A DNA stretch of 64,000 bases from Candidatus Latescibacterota bacterium (lineage in GTDB: Bacteria > Latescibacterota > CBDEFO01): contig OZ252149.1 of the NCBI GenBank assembly GCA_965248755.1, forward strand, positions 3,904,001-3,968,000, in the 5' to 3' direction. The position numbers and the translations under genes were made by a program. Shown here one piece after another: positions 59,651 to 64,000 of the stretch (position 1 is the first letter of the stretch; the number at the start of each line of letters is the position of its first letter). The notes below the pieces were generated by a model, which made no database searches, had not been told where the DNA came from, and was given only the letters and a program-made list of their open reading frames with translations.

Positions 59651-59919
59651 AAGGCGTTCATAAGTGATGAGAATCGATCGCTTGGACAGATACGATGGAC
59701 AGAAGGGAAATTTTGGTCTGGCTGCGATAGTTCTCGCGAGCCTCTATATCACATCAAGAGTACGTGCGCATTTGTCCTCTACGTTTGAGGATTAGTAATT
59801 ACTGCAGTAGTTACTAACGTCTTCGCTGCAGTTAAGAGTTGATCCGAAAACGATTAGAACCGAAGTAGTAATTGTGTTCGAGGAGATCATGCGCTGAACA
59901 CGAAAGGAGATGATGGAGT

Positions 59920-60585
59920 ATGAAATGGGTTTTGAGTTTATTATCCCTGATCGCTTTTATGCTTCCAAGATTCGTCAACGCCTCATCTTTGCTTCCTTTG
60001 GAGCTTGAGCAAGGGATCAATGAAGTCTCTATCACTGTAGTAAACCAAGGAGAGGCCGATCTCACAGCATTAGCTATAAATGTAGACAAAAAGGCGTTAC
60101 CTCAATGGATGAGGATCTTGGAGACGTCGAAGAGGATCTCAGTTCCTAGGATGTCGAAGGGATCACAGAAGCTGATATTGAGAATCGAAGTGATAGACGC
60201 TCCCCCAAACGTGCCCTTCGAGTTGCCTCTGATTGTGAATGATGTCTCGGAGGGAAACTGGGAATTCAAGGTGAACACAAAAACCTCGCTTGGCGTCCCT
60301 ACCTCGTATGAACTTTCTCAGAACTACCCCAATCCCTTTAATCCAGAGACAACGATTCATTATGCACTGGCCCATAAGGGGCCCCTGCCCACTCTGTTGG
60401 CGATCTACAATGTTTTGGGTCAGCAAGTGAAGACATTGGTGGATGAACCTCAGACAGGCGGTTTCTATTCCGTTCAGTGGGATGGAAAAGACGATGATGG
60501 AGGAAAGGTGTCCAGCGGTATCTATTTCTATAGGCTTGTCTCTGGCGAATTTGCCAAGACCCAGAAGATGCTTTTACTGGAATAA
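59920..60585 (+). CDS. Secreted protein with FlgD-like/T9SS-type C-terminal domain
   Basis: Signal peptide; QNYPNPFNPETTI...WDG.D..G..VSSGIYFYRL. Confidence 0.88.
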   Translation: MKWVLSLLSLIAFMLPRFVNASSLLPLELEQGINEVSITVVNQGEADLTALAINVDKKALPQWMRILETSKRISVPRMSKGSQKLILRIEVIDAPPNVPFELPLIVNDVSEGNWEFKVNTKTSLGVPTSYELSQNYPNPFNPETTIHYALAHKGPLPTLLAIYNVLGQQVKTLVDEPQTGGFYSVQWDGKDDDGGKVSSGIYFYRLVSGEFAKTQKMLLLE

Positions 60586-60899
60586 AGGAGGTGCGAAAGA
60601 TGAAATCCAAGAGCGCTCGACGAAGTGTATTAGTCACCCTCTTTTTAGCGACGTTGATGGGTGTTTTGTTCCAGACGTCGCAGCAGAGTGAGGCGCAAGT
60701 AGTGGTTTCCGTCGAAGGTCCCAGAGAGATCGTTGTGACGATACAGGGACCATCCCTGGAATTTGTGGCGCAGAAGCAGTATGAAATCGCACTGAACTAC
60801 ATCAAACTTGGGGATCTGAAGCGCGCAGAAGAGCAGCTTAAAAGGGTGATCAATAGCTATCCCACTGCTGGGACAACTGTTTCGTGGGCAGAATATTGT
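60319..60899 (+). repeat. Direct repeat copy 1 (CTD plus 5' part of TPR gene)
   Basis: Matches 63420-64000 at offset 3101 bp. Confidence 0.95.
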
Positions 60900-61136
60900 C
60901 TTGCCTGGATGGATATTCACAAAGATAAATTTCATTCGGCCATAGACAAGCTTCAGGCCATCGTTGACAAGGACATCTCCAAAGATGACGAGGTATATGC
61001 CTATGCCTACTATCAGATAGGCAGGATTTACATTGCGTTCTTGCAGGACAAGGTCAAGGCTGATGCAGCTTTTGGGAAGGTGCTGGAACTCTATCCGGAT
61101 TCAAAACCTGCGAGGCGGAATTTCTGGCTTAAGTAG
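60600..61136 (+). CDS. Secreted TPR (CpoB/BamD-like) protein
   Basis: AAGGAGG RBS; signal peptide; A.Y.IG.IY...A...F.KVLE.YP.S. Confidence 0.85.
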   Translation: MKSKSARRSVLVTLFLATLMGVLFQTSQQSEAQVVVSVEGPREIVVTIQGPSLEFVAQKQYEIALNYIKLGDLKRAEEQLKRVINSYPTAGTTVSWAEYCLAWMDIHKDKFHSAIDKLQAIVDKDISKDDEVYAYAYYQIGRIYIAFLQDKVKADAAFGKVLELYPDSKPARRNFWLK

Positions 61137-61233
61137 GGATGAGGAAAATCCAGAGGTGGCATTACACTCAACGATGATTGGAGAGCTAAGTCACAACAAG
61201 CTTTTCCAGATAACCCAAGGAGGTGTGTGCTTT

Positions 61234-62412
61234 ATGAAAAAGTCCAGATGGACAACTTGGATCTGTTTGCTGTCAATAGTCTTCGTCTTTGCCGGAGATG
61301 TGAGTGCGGCCCCACCGTACAGTATTACTCTGACTCACATCAAGTTCGACCACAACACGGCCAGCAACAGTACGGATGGCGTTACCATTAAAGAGAATGA
61401 GATTGATATTACGGCGCCTGAATGGGTGACAGGAGGTGCCAATGATCCTGTCTGCTATATAAAAGGTTCGAACAAGACGATCAAGGTACGCTTTACATGC
61501 GACGCGGATTGGGTGACCAGCGCTCAGATACTGGCGACCAAGACTGCCGGGTCTATCCTGACGAATATTGCGGAGACGACAGTCACCTTCTCGAATGGAG
61601 TGTCCAGCCCTGAATATCAGGACTTCACACTCACGAGTGTGCCTACCAATGTGAACAAATCGACAGCACTAAGGTGGCAGTGGAAGGAAAAGTATCAGGG
61701 AAATAACTATAATATCACTTCAACCGGGCCTCATGAGATCTACGTAATCCTTGCAAGCCCTCAGGCCCCACAGGCCACACCATGGGCTGAGGCCCTTTCT
61801 GTAGCCTGTGGCTATGCGGGTGGAGCGAGTACAGCCGCTCAAGCGACGGATTATTTTACATTTAACTTGCTTTTTGATGCGACGTTTGGCTACGATACTG
61901 TGAATGGAGCAGCATCATATACTACCAATGGAAAAGGGACAAACTTCTGGCTTGATGATTTCTTGACTAACTTTAATGGTAGTGGTGGGGATGTTAATTG
62001 CTATGACATGGGGAAAGCAGTCAAGACTTTTGCGAACGCATTAGGGTGTAATGCGTTGTATAAGTATGTTCGCTCCTTCGGATATGTCAATTGCATAAAA
62101 CCGACCGGCGAAGCGTGGACCAACAACCCTTTCCATGACAATTCTAGTTGGTCTGATACTCTTATTGTCGGAGAAGACGATGATTCTACAGACGGAAGGT
62201 CTAAGTTTACGAATCATTCCTTCGGGGCAATCGGAGATGATGTTTATGATGCCCTAATGTCGGTAGATAATGATGCGAATCCTGATGCCGCCCCGCACAG
62301 CGAGTACTATCTGACGGGAGTTGCTTGGAGTACCTACAAAGGCTTGGTGAAAGACGACGATCCTGCCTATACAACCTCTACTCCTGAAACTTGGAGCTTC
62401 ATCGTACAGTAG
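61234..62412 (+). CDS. Secreted protein, candidate transglutaminase/papain-like Cys-His-Asp enzyme
   Basis: AAGGAGG RBS; signal peptide; VNCYD......ANALG and NH.......VYDA. Confidence 0.6.
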   Translation: MKKSRWTTWICLLSIVFVFAGDVSAAPPYSITLTHIKFDHNTASNSTDGVTIKENEIDITAPEWVTGGANDPVCYIKGSNKTIKVRFTCDADWVTSAQILATKTAGSILTNIAETTVTFSNGVSSPEYQDFTLTSVPTNVNKSTALRWQWKEKYQGNNYNITSTGPHEIYVILASPQAPQATPWAEALSVACGYAGGASTAAQATDYFTFNLLFDATFGYDTVNGAASYTTNGKGTNFWLDDFLTNFNGSGGDVNCYDMGKAVKTFANALGCNALYKYVRSFGYVNCIKPTGEAWTNNPFHDNSSWSDTLIVGEDDDSTDGRSKFTNHSFGAIGDDVYDALMSVDNDANPDAAPHSEYYLTGVAWSTYKGLVKDDDPAYTTSTPETWSFIVQ

Positions 62413-62460
62413 TGTAGATTAGAACATCAGAACAGAAGAACTTCAACGGAGGTGAACAAA

Positions 62461-63357
62461 ATGACAAGAATCATTCTGTCACTCATACTGGTAATAGGAT
62501 TATTTGTATTGACCATACGCGATTTCGCGTTTGCACAGGAAGGGCCGACGGGTGAATCTCTAGATAAGCTAAAGGAGTTGTCCGACTTTGAAAGCTGGCC
62601 CGGGAAGACGGGTCCTGTTAGAGCTGGTGTTAGACTTTCCAAGGGTATAATTCCGATCCTGGAAGGAACTACTGACATCAGGCCAAACAGGACTCCTGGC
62701 CTATGGGGAGTAGAGAACAATCTCGTCAGGTACTGGTCCAGGTGGCAGATGGGAGAGACAATTATAACGGGACGGGAAGATTACACGGAAGATCGCGTGG
62801 AAATCTGGATTGTCGTGGCGGAGACCGCCGCAGAAGCGCACGAGTACCTTATTGAAAGGTACTTTTACACTTCACTGCCATTTGAAACACGCGTTCCGCG
62901 GCGCGATCAACCCAATGTCGCGGGAGACATCTCTTTCTTCGGAGGAAGAAAATTTATCCGCAACAACATCGTTGTTGAGATCAGTGCGAAAGGCAAGATG
63001 AAAGACAAACTGAGAGAAACTGCCGAACAAATAGACGCTCTTCTGCTGACAAGACCAACTGCAACATCCGCTGACCCCTTTAAGCCGGTGATAGAACGAT
63101 TGGAGATAGCACAGGATACTGTAGAACGGGAGAGTAAAACCAAGCTCTTCGTTGAAGCTACCGACCCCTACGGTGGCGATTTGGTATATAAATGGCGAGG
63201 AACTGACGGTGGGATCGGCAAGGATGAATCTGGCGATTACTATTACTATGCCGGAGACTTCGGTGTAAACAACCTTACTCTGAGCCTTATTGTCATAAAT
63301 GATATAGGGTTTGCTTCAAGGGCAAGCATTGGGGTCACAATAGTAGATTCTTTTTAA
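62461..63357 (+). CDS. Secreted hypothetical protein with C-terminal Ig-like domain
   Basis: GGAGG RBS; signal peptide ending AFAQ; A.DP.G.DL.Y.W motif. Confidence 0.75.
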   Translation: MTRIILSLILVIGLFVLTIRDFAFAQEGPTGESLDKLKELSDFESWPGKTGPVRAGVRLSKGIIPILEGTTDIRPNRTPGLWGVENNLVRYWSRWQMGETIITGREDYTEDRVEIWIVVAETAAEAHEYLIERYFYTSLPFETRVPRRDQPNVAGDISFFGGRKFIRNNIVVEISAKGKMKDKLRETAEQIDALLLTRPTATSADPFKPVIERLEIAQDTVERESKTKLFVEATDPYGGDLVYKWRGTDGGIGKDESGDYYYYAGDFGVNNLTLSLIVINDIGFASRASIGVTIVDSF

Positions 63358-63365
63358 CTACCCTC

Positions 63366-63686
63366 GTGGCCAATGAGGAAGGCACGGCTGCGGGGGCTCC
63401 TCAGGCCTTCGTTCTGGAGCAGAACTACCCCAATCCCTTCAATCCAGAGACAACGATTCATTATGCACTGGCCCATAAGGGGCCCCTGCCCACTCTGTTG
63501 GCGATCTACAATGTTTTGGGTCAGCAAGTGAAGACATTGGTGGATGAACCTCAGACAGGCGGTTTCTATTCCGTTCAGTGGGATGGAAAAGACGATGATG
63601 GAGGAAAGGTGTCCAGCGGTATCTATTTCTATAGGCTTGTCTCTGGCGAATTTGCCAAGACCCAGAAGATGCTTTTACTGGAATAA
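63366..63686 (+). CDS. FlgD-like C-terminal domain, probably the frameshifted tail of 62461-63357
   Basis: No RBS or signal peptide; -1 frame continues LTTLVANEE...PQAFVLEQNYPNPF. Confidence 0.7.
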   Translation: MANEEGTAAGAPQAFVLEQNYPNPFNPETTIHYALAHKGPLPTLLAIYNVLGQQVKTLVDEPQTGGFYSVQWDGKDDDGGKVSSGIYFYRLVSGEFAKTQKMLLLE

Positions 63687-64000
63687 AGGAGGTGCGAAAG
63701 ATGAAATCCAAGAGCGCTCGACGAAGTGTATTAGTCACCCTCTTTTTAGCGACGTTGATGGGTGTTTTGTTCCAGACGTCGCAGCAGAGTGAGGCGCAAG
63801 TAGTGGTTTCCATCGAAGGTCCCAGAGAGATCGTGGTGACGATACAGGGGCCATCCCTGGAATTTGTGGCGCAGAAGCAGTATGAAATCGCACTGAACTA
63901 CATCAAACTTGGGGATCTGAAGCGCGCAGAAGAACAGCTTAAAAGGGTGATCGATAACTATCCCACTGCTGGCACGTCTGTCTCCTGGGCAGAATATTGT
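63420..64000 (+). repeat. Direct repeat copy 2 (continues past the window end)
   Basis: Near-identical to 60319-60899. Confidence 0.95.
63701..64000 (+). CDS. Second TPR protein paralog (partial)
   Basis: MKSKSARRSVLV... near-identical to the 60600 gene; open to window end. Confidence 0.88.
   Translation, partial: MKSKSARRSVLVTLFLATLMGVLFQTSQQSEAQVVVSIEGPREIVVTIQGPSLEFVAQKQYEIALNYIKLGDLKRAEEQLKRVIDNYPTAGTSVSWAEYC

Noticed and set aside
60319..64000. Diversity-generating retroelement TR/VR pair
   Set aside because: Differences are not adenine-restricted, the repeat spans a gene boundary, and there is no reverse transcriptase in the window

Overview
Bacterial chromosomal window, probably from an FCB-superphylum candidate lineage such as Latescibacterota or KSB1. 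This is inferred from FlgD-like 'NYPNPFN' C-terminal domains, dockerin/EF-hand modules and a TWGxIK-type tail. 1-30 kb is mostly housekeeping, transport and secreted-protein genes: GT4, NHL lipoprotein, ABC-F, DUF1854 plus two ABC exporters, fused ECF ATPase, amidohydrolase, FG-GAP protein, M6 protease, MobA, SSS plus DmpA, TPR/BamA-like operon and an SDR. About 30.2-44.2 kb is an integrated, capsid-less, phage-satellite-like element (integrase, HTH regulators, excisionase, PrimPol-ATPase, iteron-like origin, TerS-like gene) carrying decayed host-type secreted-protein genes. 44-57.6 kb is a scarred accessory region with DinB and CocE fragments, a second IS3 copy identical to the one in the element, IS1380 plus an extra inverted end, and a PspA-YqiJ-flotillin-CA-Nramp operon. 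59.6-64 kb begins a tandem, 3101-bp-period array of secreted-protein modules with a Cys-His-Asp enzyme candidate. The best leads are the satellite-like element, the tandem module array, a putative DPPW leader-peptide attenuator at 9.3-9.6 kb, and a family of self-nesting mini-palindromes. No rRNA, tRNA or CRISPR array was seen. All family assignments are by motif recognition, not database search.
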